DNA of 63,921 nt, the filler included, from Malassezia furfur (taxonomy: Eukaryota): assembly GCA_052055015.1 (NCBI GenBank). It is 3 parts of 3 records of this genome, joined end to end, with 100 filler letters (N's around TTAATTAATTAA, not from the genome) between each part and the next. Parts side by side here need not be neighbours in the genome. Positions count along the whole stretch, not along the records: positions 43,902 to 63,921 come from JBQJIT010000180.1; 2 more parts are not named here. One strand, 5' to 3'. Position 1 is the stretch's first letter; every line of letters begins with the position of its first letter. This document shows, piece by piece, positions 52,252 to 62,765 of the stretch. The translations under genes were made by a program, and so were the position numbers. Below the pieces are notes generated by a model, which made no database searches, was not told where the DNA came from, and saw nothing but the letters and a program-made list of their open reading frames with translations.

Positions 52252-54834
52252 ATGGCACATTCGCAGGGCCTGCCCCGCATTGCGATCGTGGATCACCATG
52301 ACTCATACACGCGGAACCTTCTTTCGCTGCTTTGTGCGAGTGTGGATCCGCTGATGAGCCCGGAAAGTTTGGCGCACCGGGTGGTCATTATACCCTACAC
52401 ACACCCTGCCTTGGCACCGGACAATGTGCACGACCAGTTCCTTCCGTACGTGGACGCCATCATCCTCTCGCCCGGACCGGGAAATCCGATGAACGATGAA
52501 GACTTCGGGTCATCTACGCGCCTCTTGCAGAACCCGGCGCTCGTCCAGGTGCCGGTACTTGGCATCTGCTTGGGCCACCAGGGGATTGCAACGTCCTCGG
52601 GCGCGTCCATTCGGCAGCTTGCCGAGCCGTTCCACGGACGCAAGCGTGCGCTGTGCATCGACGACCCTGGACACACGTACCCAGATGGCATGAAGAGCAT
52701 CATGGCCGGCATTCCCAACGGTACCGAGGTGATTTGCTACAACAGCCTGGTGGTCGATGAAACGACCCTGCCGGCCAACGTGCGCGTGGTGGCCCACAGC
52801 GAGCTGGCCGGCTCCAACGAAGTGATCGTGCAGGCTATTGAGCATACCGAGCTGCCCTACTACGGCATTCAGTACCACCCGGAGAGCATCGAATCGGCAG
52901 AGGGCCACACCGTCCTGCAAAACTTTCTCCACAATGTGGGCGTCTATTGGCGCAAGAAGGACCCAGCGCGGGTGCAGTTTTGGACCGAAGAGTCGTGCGC
53001 GCTGCCGACCGAGCTCGTGGAACTGGGACGGAGTTGCATCGCTCCGAGCCGAGAAGGTTCCCCGGCCGGCACAACGCCGAAGCGGTGGAGATTGGAGCAG
53101 CGCGTCTTGGAGGTGCCCTGCGCCAAGCCGCTGATTCCCACCCTGGCACACGACATGGTACCCCTGGCCGACCGACTCTTCCGGAAACGCGGCCATCCGA
53201 AGGCCATGGGAGGTTGTGTATGGTTCGACAGCGCCAGTCCAAGGGACCCACAAAGTCATGTCTCGATGATGAGCCGCGCGGTATTCACGTTGCTATACGA
53301 TATGAATGCCAACTTGTCCTTGTGTCGTCAGCGCAACGACGCGAGCGTGGAGCGGAGCCCACTCAGTGTCGATATGGAGTCTCTGTGGGACTGGATGAGC
53401 GACCTGCAGTGGGACCTGCAGCAACAAACGGCGCTTCCCCAGGAAGCCGAGGCACAGGCCGAGTCCGCCCACTCGTGCAACTTCCCTGCCGGCTTTGCGG
53501 GGTTCTGGAGCTACGAGATGAAGGACGAGAGTCTCGCGTTGGGGGCACTGCGTGCCGAGCGCTACGAAAAGAAGCTAGGCGACGCGGCATTCGATCGCCT
53601 GGCATTTCCTGCAGCCCATTGGGCGTTTTGTAACACGGTGCTGACGCTGGACCATGCCACTGGGAAGTGGATTGCTTCGGCCCTGGTGCGCAATGAGGAT
53701 GTGCATGCACCGAAGCCCGGCTCGTCGCTGGCATCCTTGGAACAGACCCTCGCACAGATGGGCAACGTGTCGATTGGTGTGTCGGAAAGCGAAGCCCATG
53801 CATGGTTTGTCGAGGTGCAAAATGCTCTGAAGGAAATTTGTGCGGTGCCCGAACCAACGACCCCGCGTATGGCCGCAGGACTGGCTCCACTGAATGCGGT
53901 GGACAATCGAACGACGTACATGGAAAAGATCCGCAAGACCAAAGACTATATCGCGCAGGGAGAAAGCTACGAGCTCTGCCTGACCACGCAATTTGAAGGC
54001 CAGCTTCCTCTGGACACGCACAACTACGATGGCTACTTCGATCTCTACGCAAAACTGCGTGCCAAAAATCCTGCACCGTTTGGTGCATACGTCGAGCTTT
54101 TGCCGCTCGACCCAGACACCCCGCAAGCCATTCTCTCGACAAGTCCGGAGCGCTTCTTGACGATCAGTCAGAACGAGTGGCTCGAGATGCGGCCGATCAA
54201 AGGGACATTGATCCGCCCTGGTTGGAGCAAGGGCGAGGAAGACTGGCTTATACGCGCAGCCACCGAGCCAGAGATGCAAAAGCACGTCGAAGCCGAGGAC
54301 GAGCGACGAAAGGCGAAGCTGCGGGCGGACCCCAAAGAGCGCGCGGAAAATCTCATGATTGCCGACCTGATCCGAGCCGACTTGCAGGCCGTGTGCTATC
54401 CAGGGTCCGTGCAGGTGCCGCGTCTGATTGCCTTGGAGACCTACGAGACGGTCCACCAGCTCGTCACGGCCGTCGTTGGGAAGTTGCGCCCGGGGATCGG
54501 TTGTGTGGAAGCAACGAAGCGGTGCTTCCCACCAGGAAGCATGACCGGAGCGCCCAAGCGGCGCAGTGTGGAGTTGTTGGAGCACTTGGAATACTCGCCG
54601 AGCCATTCGCCCTCGGATACCACGCGTCGCCGGTGTGCCTATTCGGGTGCATTGGGCTTTATGGGGGTGAACGGCGCATCCAATCTTTCTGTGGTCATCC
54701 GCACCGTCACGGCCCAGGGGGCCAACGTCATTGTCGGTGCGGGGGGCGCCGTGACTATTTTGTCTACAGCACAGGGTGAATGGGACGAAGTGCTCACGAA
54801 GTTGAGCTCCGTCGCTTCGCTCGCCGAATCGTAG
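52252..54834 (+). CDS. ABZ1: Aminodeoxychorismate synthase (PabA-PabB fusion)
   Basis: DHHDSYTRNL, ILSPGPGNP, LGICLGHQ, QYHPES; GESYELCLT, SPERFL, RPIKGT, KERAENLMIADL, PPGSMTGAPK. Confidence 0.95.
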   Translation: MAHSQGLPRIAIVDHHDSYTRNLLSLLCASVDPLMSPESLAHRVVIIPYTHPALAPDNVHDQFLPYVDAIILSPGPGNPMNDEDFGSSTRLLQNPALVQVPVLGICLGHQGIATSSGASIRQLAEPFHGRKRALCIDDPGHTYPDGMKSIMAGIPNGTEVICYNSLVVDETTLPANVRVVAHSELAGSNEVIVQAIEHTELPYYGIQYHPESIESAEGHTVLQNFLHNVGVYWRKKDPARVQFWTEESCALPTELVELGRSCIAPSREGSPAGTTPKRWRLEQRVLEVPCAKPLIPTLAHDMVPLADRLFRKRGHPKAMGGCVWFDSASPRDPQSHVSMMSRAVFTLLYDMNANLSLCRQRNDASVERSPLSVDMESLWDWMSDLQWDLQQQTALPQEAEAQAESAHSCNFPAGFAGFWSYEMKDESLALGALRAERYEKKLGDAAFDRLAFPAAHWAFCNTVLTLDHATGKWIASALVRNEDVHAPKPGSSLASLEQTLAQMGNVSIGVSESEAHAWFVEVQNALKEICAVPEPTTPRMAAGLAPLNAVDNRTTYMEKIRKTKDYIAQGESYELCLTTQFEGQLPLDTHNYDGYFDLYAKLRAKNPAPFGAYVELLPLDPDTPQAILSTSPERFLTISQNEWLEMRPIKGTLIRPGWSKGEEDWLIRAATEPEMQKHVEAEDERRKAKLRADPKERAENLMIADLIRADLQAVCYPGSVQVPRLIALETYETVHQLVTAVVGKLRPGIGCVEATKRCFPPGSMTGAPKRRSVELLEHLEYSPSHSPSDTTRRRCAYSGALGFMGVNGASNLSVVIRTVTAQGANVIVGAGGAVTILSTAQGEWDEVLTKLSSVASLAES

Positions 54835-54854
54835 CCATTGGGACTAGTATGGAT

Positions 54855-55547
54855 TTACATTTCACCGCATTCTGGGGTCAGTGCGACATGTCGACGACGT
54901 ACCTGCAATTTTGACTTCTAGGCGAGGCCGGTTGTTCGCGCCCATCGGGACGTTTTCGATTTTGCGGAGCGTGAGCATGCCATCAATGACCTGGTATGAG
55001 CATGCCGCTGGTGACCCACCTTGCCAAACACGACGTGCTTTCCATCGAGGAAATCGGCCGGCTGGGTCGTAATAAAGAATTGACACCCGTTGGTGTTGGG
55101 GCCCGAGTTGGCCTGGGTAAGCAGGCCGTGGGCGACGTACCATGCTGAGAAGACCTGCGGCATCGTGCTTCATCAGGAAATTCTCGTCGTCGAACTTGTC
55201 GCCGTAGATGCTGAAACTGCCGGTGCCATCGCCGTTGAGGAAGTCGCCTCCCTGGCACATAAAGTCTTTGATCACACGATGGAAAATCGAGCCCTTGTAT
55301 CCCATCGGCTTGTGGTTGAACCTGGGTCAGACCAAGAGACATGCCTGTGTTCGCCCGTGCACAGCTGCCGGAAGTTCTCCGCAGTCCTGACGTTAGTATA
55401 CGCCTGAACGTACTTGGGTGTGAAGTCGGAGAAGAGCTCAAACTTGATACGGCCCACGGGTGTCTCTCCGATCGTTATGTCGAAGAAGACGACGGGACGA
55501 CCATTCATACCTGCACCGTTCAGCTTCGGAGCCGGCGCCGTCGACAT
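54855..55547 (-). CDS. Cyclophilin-type peptidyl-prolyl isomerase (CypH/PPIH-like), 6 exons
   Basis: [49 protein letters not shown]. Introns 55387-55413, 55322-55344 (GC-AG), 55113-55140, 54991-55019 and 54872-54902. Confidence 0.93.
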
Positions 55548-55634
55548 GTTGATCCAAGCGCAGGAGAGTGGAGGAGGTGTGCACTTTATGGAATATGCGC
55601 CCAATTTAGCCACTCATCGCTAGACCCTGACGCC

Positions 55635-56305
55635 ATGTTCGGTCGCACATGCTTGCCGCGCGGGCCCACTCTTGCGCACCTCGCTCGCGGTGCAGCAGTT
55701 CCGCGCATTCAATATGCTGCGCGCGTGGCCTCTATGCCTTATACGACTTCGGTTCCGCGCGCACGAAGGGACCAGCCGTGCGTACCTTGCGTCCTAACGC
55801 AGTGACGATCTCGATTTCGACAACCCCTTGTCCAACATTCTTGAGGACGACACGCTACCCATCCGTATTGCCAAGGTAACTGCTAAGGAGATCAAGCTCG
55901 CAGATGGACTCGTCGTTCCTTCGCCCTGTATCTTTCTGAACGGCAAAGTCTTTCTTTGGAATCCACCCAAGATCGACCCCATGACCGCGATGCCCAACGG
56001 CAAGGGCTGGGAATCTTGGGTGAATGATATTTGGTCTCTCTTTGAAGTTGTTGTGCCTCGTCCAGGTGCGTAGCGCCGCTGCTGGCGTACTTACGCCAGA
56101 AATCCTCATCCTAGGCACTGGCAATACTGTATTGCCTGTCCCCAACCACATCAAGACGTACTTGAACTCGCTGGGGATCCAGTTGGATGTGCAGAATTCG
56201 GTACGTCACTCCAGTACTGACATGCAGCGGAATGCCTGTTCGACGTACAATTTGCTGTCGGAGGAAGGGAGATCTGTTGCGGCCGCCATCCTCCCATCGC
56301 CATGA
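55635..56305 (+). CDS. NDUFAF3/Mth938-domain complex I assembly factor
   Basis: Presequence-like N-terminus, PRPEILILGTG, RNACSTYNLLSEEGRSVAAA. Introns 55778-55802, 56066-56099 and 56201-56227. Confidence 0.88.
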
Positions 56306-56361
56306 CACACCGGCCATCCATGATGGAGGCAATACAGTCGTGTTAGGCTCTTGGGTTTACT

Positions 56362-58001
56362 CTACGATATCTTTACAAGCTCAATCATCCTCACACGGAA
56401 GTAGTCGATGAGCAGAATTGATGGCCATGCACCAATAAGTCCAATACCGGTATAGATCAGTAACCGGGGGCCGTCTTCGTAGGTCAGCTGGCGCTGCATA
56501 CATACCAACACAAACTTTCTCATCCACCGACGCCCACGTAGAGATGTGCAAGTCGTTCGATTTTGGCGAAGACGCAGCGGTATCCTTCCCCGCATTGGGA
56601 CGACGACGCAGCTGACCCTTGGTCTCCACATCACGACCGGACGCTGCCGACTCCGCCGCTGCAGGTACTGGGCGCAGTTGCACCTGGCTCTTTCGCAAGT
56701 GCCTCACCACCGCCATATACATGGCAGGAAAAGCCTTTTTGATGGGTGAACTTGCAATCACTTTGAAGAGGACAATGGGAACGATGCCTGGTATTAGCAA
56801 TGCCAACCGGCACTTACCGAATGAGAGGTTGGCCAAAAGTTTCAGATAATCATGGCTGACCGCCTGGAACCAAAGAGATTGGCACGTTGCTTGAGCAGAC
56901 ATCGGCATCCAAGAAGTGATCCAGCGGAAGGTGGCATCCATCACGGCCATGTCCGCATAATAATCCGAGTTCGTGCGCCAGTTGCCCAGACAAACACCCG
57001 TCCATGCACCAACGAAGGCGACCGCTGGTCATGAGTAAGTTGAATACATACCGTCCTCATAGCATGGGCATGGTCCCACGGGCGGAATATGAATAGCGAG
57101 GGACAAACATGCTGCACCAAAGATCACCACTGGCACTGCATGGTCAGTCCGGAAGAATGGATACAAACCGTAAAAGTTTTGGTCCAGCAAGAAGTCGCCG
57201 AGTTTCGGGTCGATCCAGATCGCAAAGAGCGCCACAGAGACACCAATGCAACAGCCTGCGAAACAGTCTGCTGGTTAGTTGCACACCGTCATCAAACGTA
57301 CCCAATGCACTGTGCATCCCAGAATAGAGCCGGCCATACACAATCGTCCAGGCATAGAGCAGGATCAAACCCTCCATCAAGTAGGTCTCCGCAAACCAGT
57401 AGGTAAACATGGGATGGTCATCAGAAAAAACAGCGAGAACATAGGGTCGGGCCATTTCCACAAGGTAGTAGAAAAATATAGCCATCCCCACACTGTTAGC
57501 AGAATGTGTCGAAGGGAATCCATATTCGAGATGATGTGTGCCGATCACTAGCCTGCGAACTGGCGGGGATGCTGGTCGAGGGACACAGAAGAAGTCCTGA
57601 GAAGTGTCAGAATGCCGCTCTTTCCCATCTATACGAACCTTGATGAAGGCCGTAATGTAGACGGCAAGGGCGGAGGTTAAGATCAGACTGAGGATGAGCA
57701 CATGTCAATTTCGTACATTCGGCCAACAGAGTCTCCCCCGATTTGATAGACAAGGGGCAAGAACAGCATGAAGAAAGTGTGTGTACCCAGCACGGACGAG
57801 TACTTGAAGTACGAATCTAGCCATGGGTGTTGGACTTTCGCCTGGGCAACGTGGTCAGCACCGATCCTTCTAGCGGTGCGCAGCACTTACCTGATGCGTA
57901 GCAAGACTCTGCGAATGGTTCAGCACATATCGGTTCAAATAGTTCCGGACCCCTACAGCGAGAGCCGGACGGTTCGCACGGAACACTTCATCCTCGCTCA
58001 T
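56362..58001 (-). CDS. PAP2-family sphingoid-base phosphate phosphatase (Lcb3/SGPP-like), 8 exons
   Basis: LGTHTFFMLFLP, KDFFCVPRP, EYGFPSTHS, GRLYSGMHS, PCPCYED. Seven introns of 27-49 nt. Confidence 0.85.
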
Positions 58002-58055
58002 GGTGGGAGATCTCCACATTGAAAGCCAGTCCAAGCCAGCCAAGTCAGTCACACA

Positions 58056-58525
58056 ATAAATGATTCAAAATCAACATTAAACAGAACATCTGAAACGATA
58101 AATATTAAATAGAAAGTGTTGCATACATTGATCTATATAAAAGTATTTAAATAAAATATAAACACAAAACATTATAAAATAACGAACAAAATTAAACATA
58201 TATTAATAAATATAATTAATCCCAACCGTAATATTTGTTTAGCTATAAAGATTATGTATCTGTATTTATCATTTTGTTTTGGTTTATAAAAATAAATTAT
58301 TTATTTAAAATATTAAAAATACAACACATTATGCATTATGTATACTATACTTACATTATTCAATATTTTATTTATAAAATGTAACATAATATTTAATTTT
58401 AACATAAGCTAGGAAATAATCAATATTTTAATATAATTTATTATGGAACGGTTAAGAATAAATCCTGGCTCTTATGTTGATTTTTAAAACATAAATATGT
58501 GTGCATATCATGTTAAATAAAGTAA
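58056..58525. other. AT-rich intergenic island, candidate centromere core
   Basis: Hand count 43 G+C in 300 nt (about 14%) over 58141-58440, in a window otherwise strongly GC-rich. No ORF; lies between divergent genes. Confidence 0.7.
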
Positions 58526-58640
58526 TCTACTTGGTTATTAGGGGGAGCGTTGACACTTGATGACGTGAACGAGACCCTGGGGTGTCTGTGCTGGGTGGCC
58601 CGTGGCAAGTGGAGTCTCTCCAGGTTCAGTCCAAACCATA

Positions 58641-59673
58641 ATGAGCAACTCGGAGACCAAGCCATCTGAGTAAGTACCCGACCTTTGCCATTCAAGATCT
58701 AACCTCTAGACTTGAACGCTTGAGCGATTCGGAGCGTCTTGACCTTGGCCAGAAGCTTCTGGACGAGGAAGGTGCTGATCGCCCTCTCATTTCCGAGGTT
58801 GAGCCGCTCGACGTCCTCCTCCAAGAGTACGCCAAGAACCGCCAGTTCCTTGGCAAAGTCAAGTGGCTCAAAGAGAAGTCGGACTTTATTGGGATCCGTC
58901 GGTTGAAAGGGGATGGAAACTGTTTCTACCGCGCGTTCGGCTTCACCTATCTGTACACGATCTTGACCATGGACGATCGTCCTTTGCACCATTTCGCGGG
59001 CCAGCATGTTGACTCCTTGCTGGAGCTGCTGAAGCAGACCGGGTACGACGAAGGTGTGGTGAAGGAGTTCTATGAGCCGTTCCAGGACCTCATGGGCCAG
59101 ATCCACTCGACCGATCCCTCGCGACCGGCGCTGACGGTTGATCGGCTCGTGGAGGCTTTCAACGACCCCGAGAAGAGCAACAGCATTGTGGTCTTTCTCC
59201 GCATGATCACGAGTGCCTTCCTCAAGGTATGTTGACTATCCGGTGCGCTGACCGCACAGACGAATGCGAATGACTACACGCCGTTCTTGGTGTCGGCGAC
59301 CGGCAGTGACGACCCGCCGACGATGGAAGAGTTTGCCAATCGTGAAGTTGAGGCGTTTGGCAAGGATGCGGACCACCTTCAGATCACGGCGCTGTGCACG
59401 GCGCTGAAGGTCACCCTGGACGTCGTGTACCTCTCCAGTGCGCATGCCCCGCCGGAAACCGAGCCGGTGGGCGAGGAGGCTGAGGCAGCGAGCGACATGC
59501 CTGGGAACAAAGAGGAGGTGCCCAGCAGTGATCCGAATGCGTGCGATGTGGTGCGCTTTGATCTGGACCAGGGGCAGATGTTCAACGTGGGCCACCTCCT
59601 GTACCGCCCCGGTCACTTTGACCTGTTGGTCGCCAAGTCGGAACCGGATTCCCCCGATGTCAGCATCGAGTGA
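58641..59673 (+). CDS. Otubain (OTU, peptidase C65) deubiquitinase
   Basis: RRLKGDGNCFYRAF, DADHLQITAL, LLYRPGHFDLL. Introns 58670-58709 and 59227-59259. Confidence 0.92.
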
Positions 59674-59872
59674 ATGCCGTGCGTACGAAGCTGTATCCCA
59701 TACCAAATGTTGCGCTAGCGAAACAATGTACCTACCCCAGACGGCGGGTGTGCCGACTTGCCCCCTTCCTCTGGCGCCGCTCAGGCCGCCATCACGTGGC
59801 CGATTTTTTTTGGCGCTCGCTCCACGGCGTCCATCTTTCTGGTGCCGCTCGTGCTCTGTTGGCCAGCGCATC

Positions 59873-60865
59873 ATGGATCGCTCCAACATTGTTGAGATTC
59901 ACCCTGAGCGGGTCGGCAATGTGTCGTCCAAGTCGTTCCCTCTGCAAGTGCCTGGCGAGTCGGGCGCGTGGAGCCCGGAAGCCTTCCAGAAGAAGCTGCA
60001 GGTTTTCCTTACGCGCCTGCTGCCGGACCAGTGCGAGTTTGAGCTGGTCGGTGTGGACGCGAGCATTGCGAATGCGCTGCGGCGGACACTCATTGCCGAG
60101 GTGCCTACGGTGGCGATCGAGCATGTATACATCTGGAACAACACCTCCATCATACAGGACGAGGTCCTCTCCCACCGGCTGGGTCTGGTGCCGCTCGCGA
60201 TCGACCCGTCCAAGCTGACGTTCAAGCTGGACGACGAGGCGAATGACCAGAACACGGTCGTCTTCAACCTCAAGGCCGAGTGCAAGAAGACCAACGCCAA
60301 GGACGGCACGGTCGAGGGCCGCTACGTCTATGCGTCGCAGCTTGAGTGGGACCCCAAGGGCGACCAGGCGGAGACGATGGCCGATGCGCCGCCGCGGCCG
60401 GTGAACGGCGACATTGTCATTGCCAAGATGGCGCCCGGCCAGCGCATGGAGATGGAGCTGCACTGCGAAAAGGGCATCGGCAAGGACCATGCCAAGTTTT
60501 CCCCCGTCGCCACGGCGTCGTACCGCCTGCTGCCCCATATCGAGATCTGCCAGATGGTCCCCGAGCCGTTGATACCCAAACTGATCTCGTGCTTCCCCGA
60601 GGGCGTGCTGGAGCGCGGCGGCGACAACGGCGTGCGCGTCGCCGATGCGCGCAAGGACACGGTGAGCCGCGAGGTGCTGCGGCACCCCGAGTTTGAGGGC
60701 ATGGTGCGCCTCGGCCGCATCCAAGACCACTTTTTGTTCAGCGTCGAGTCGACGGGCGTGTACGAGCCCGAGGCGCTGCTGCCTGCCGCGATCGACGTCC
60801 TGCAGAAGAAGCTCGCGCTGCTCAAGCTCGCGCTCGATGCGCTGCCGACCGAGGCCGCTGCGTAG
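59873..60865 (+). CDS. RPC40: RNA polymerase I/III shared subunit AC40
   Basis: GVDASIANALRRTLIAEVPT, NNTSIIQDEVLSHRLGLVP, KGIGKDHAKFSPVATASYRLLP. Confidence 0.96.
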   Translation: MDRSNIVEIHPERVGNVSSKSFPLQVPGESGAWSPEAFQKKLQVFLTRLLPDQCEFELVGVDASIANALRRTLIAEVPTVAIEHVYIWNNTSIIQDEVLSHRLGLVPLAIDPSKLTFKLDDEANDQNTVVFNLKAECKKTNAKDGTVEGRYVYASQLEWDPKGDQAETMADAPPRPVNGDIVIAKMAPGQRMEMELHCEKGIGKDHAKFSPVATASYRLLPHIEICQMVPEPLIPKLISCFPEGVLERGGDNGVRVADARKDTVSREVLRHPEFEGMVRLGRIQDHFLFSVESTGVYEPEALLPAAIDVLQKKLALLKLALDALPTEAAA

Positions 60866-60885
60866 ATAGCTGGGTATCGCCTACG

Positions 60886-62638
60886 TTACAGTGTGACAAA
60901 GTGCTCCTGCTCCTCGTCGGTGCGGGGCGCCGGCTTTTTGGCGCGCAGGCGCGCCTTGGGCAGGCTCGACGCCGGCGCCTCGTGCCGCGCGAGGAGGCGC
61001 GCGGTCGACGACGAGCGGCGCGCGGCGTCGCTCTCGCGGTGCGGCGCGTTCCGCCGCGGCGTCGGCTCACCCCGCAGCGTCGCCTGCGCAATGCGCAGCG
61101 TCTTGGCCGCGAGGCTGTTCTCGTCGAACTCGCTCGCGAACTTGGCCTCGAGACCATCGGGCGCGGCGGGCGGCGCGGTGGGCGGCGCGACGTCCATCGA
61201 CGCGATGCGGTGCTCCTGCGCGTCCGCCTTGCGCTTGCGCTGCTCGCACTCGGCCCGCTCGCGGCCGTAGCGCGCCTCGACATGGTAGCCGACCGAGCGT
61301 GGGTCGCTGGAGGCGAGCATCTCCTGCCCGCCCGGCACGACGTACGACGGCGCGGACGTGTGGCCGACCTCGAGGCCGCCGAGGCCGGGCGTGTGCGACG
61401 GGGTGCGCCGGCGCGAGGGCGGCGCCTGCGCCGCCATCTGGGGGTTGGGCCGGCCAAGGACGCGCGCGGTGCTGGGTGAGGCGGCCGACGTACCCTGAAG
61501 CGAACTCCATGCGCGAGCGCAGGCGCCCCGTGACGGCCTGCTCGAGGTGGTAGTCGCACACCTCGTTATTGGTGCCGCGCACGACAAACGCGTTGCAGCG
61601 CTTGCCGTCCTTCTTGCGCGCGGTGCACTGTGCGTAGGCGTCGGCCTGCCCGATGACGAGCACCGCGTCGCCCGAGCGCGGCGTGACGGTGACGAGGTTC
61701 TTGGGTTGCTGTGTGAGCGGGGAACGTACGCCCTTGCGCGGCTTGAGGATGCGGGGGTTGAGGATGGCCAGCAGCGCACCGTCGCGCTCCTTCCAGAGCT
61801 TCGCAAAGGCGCTCGCCTCCTCTGCTGCGCCGCGCTGGCTCGGCGTGTCGTCAAAGAGGAGCATGTGCAGCACGCAGTCGCCCGGGAGCTGCCGATGCTT
61901 CTGCACCACGTCGGTATTTAGGTCGAGCAGCTTGCACCCGAAGAACTTGCGCGCGGGGCGCACGGGGTTGGCGCGCTCGAACGCCGTGCCCTCCTGCGGC
62001 GCGTCCGGCCGGTCGTCGGCGGGCGCGGCGGTGTACCGCAGGGTGCTCTTTTCGCCCATCACGGCGAACAGGACCCAGTCGCCGTACAGCGGCATCTCGA
62101 GGTCGCCGTCCATGGCGCCGTGCGTGGGCGCTTCGTACTCGGCCGTGGAGCCGGTGCGGTGCACGAGCGAGTAGAAGAGGCTCGGGGTCACGACGTAGCG
62201 CGCATCGAGGTACGCCTCGAGCTCGGCGTGCGCGAGGCGGCGCGAGCGCAGCGCCGTGCGCGCGTTCGGCTCGTACGTGCGCAGCTCCGGGTCGTCGGGG
62301 CGCGGCGCGTACGGGCGCGGCCCGCGCGCGAGCTCCTCGACGAGCTCCAGGCGCTCGTTGCGCGCGTCGGGGTGGGCGCGCCGCCCGAACGACGCGGAGC
62401 GCGAGGCCTCGCGTGCCGCGCGCTCGTTGCGGCGCGTGTGGTGGTCGTCCTGGTGCTGCTGCACGTGCGAGGCACACGCGGTGAGCGAGGAGGCGGGCGC
62501 GTGCTGCATGCGCTCTGCGCGTGCGTGTGCGTGCGCGAGGGCCGCCTTGCGCTGCTGCTCGAGCTCGGCTGCGTGAGCGGTGCACGTACCGACGCCGGCT
62601 GCCGCGGCGCGTGCGAGCGCCGCGCGGTCCCCCGCCAT
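60886..62638 (-). CDS. MCM10: Replication factor Mcm10-like
   Basis: GDWVLFAVMGEKS, LAILNPRILKP and zinc finger CTARKKDGKRC..CDYH. Introns 62569-62589, 61709-61729 and 61472-61493. Confidence 0.8.
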
Positions 62639-62765
62639 GGCGCGTCGGAACGTGACTGGGTGGAGGCGCACGCGGTGCGGGCCGGGGGTGCGGCGCAAAT
62701 ATCTTGCGGCGGCTGCCGCGGGGCGCGGCTGGGTTGAGCCACGACGGCGAGTGCGGTGCTTTGCG

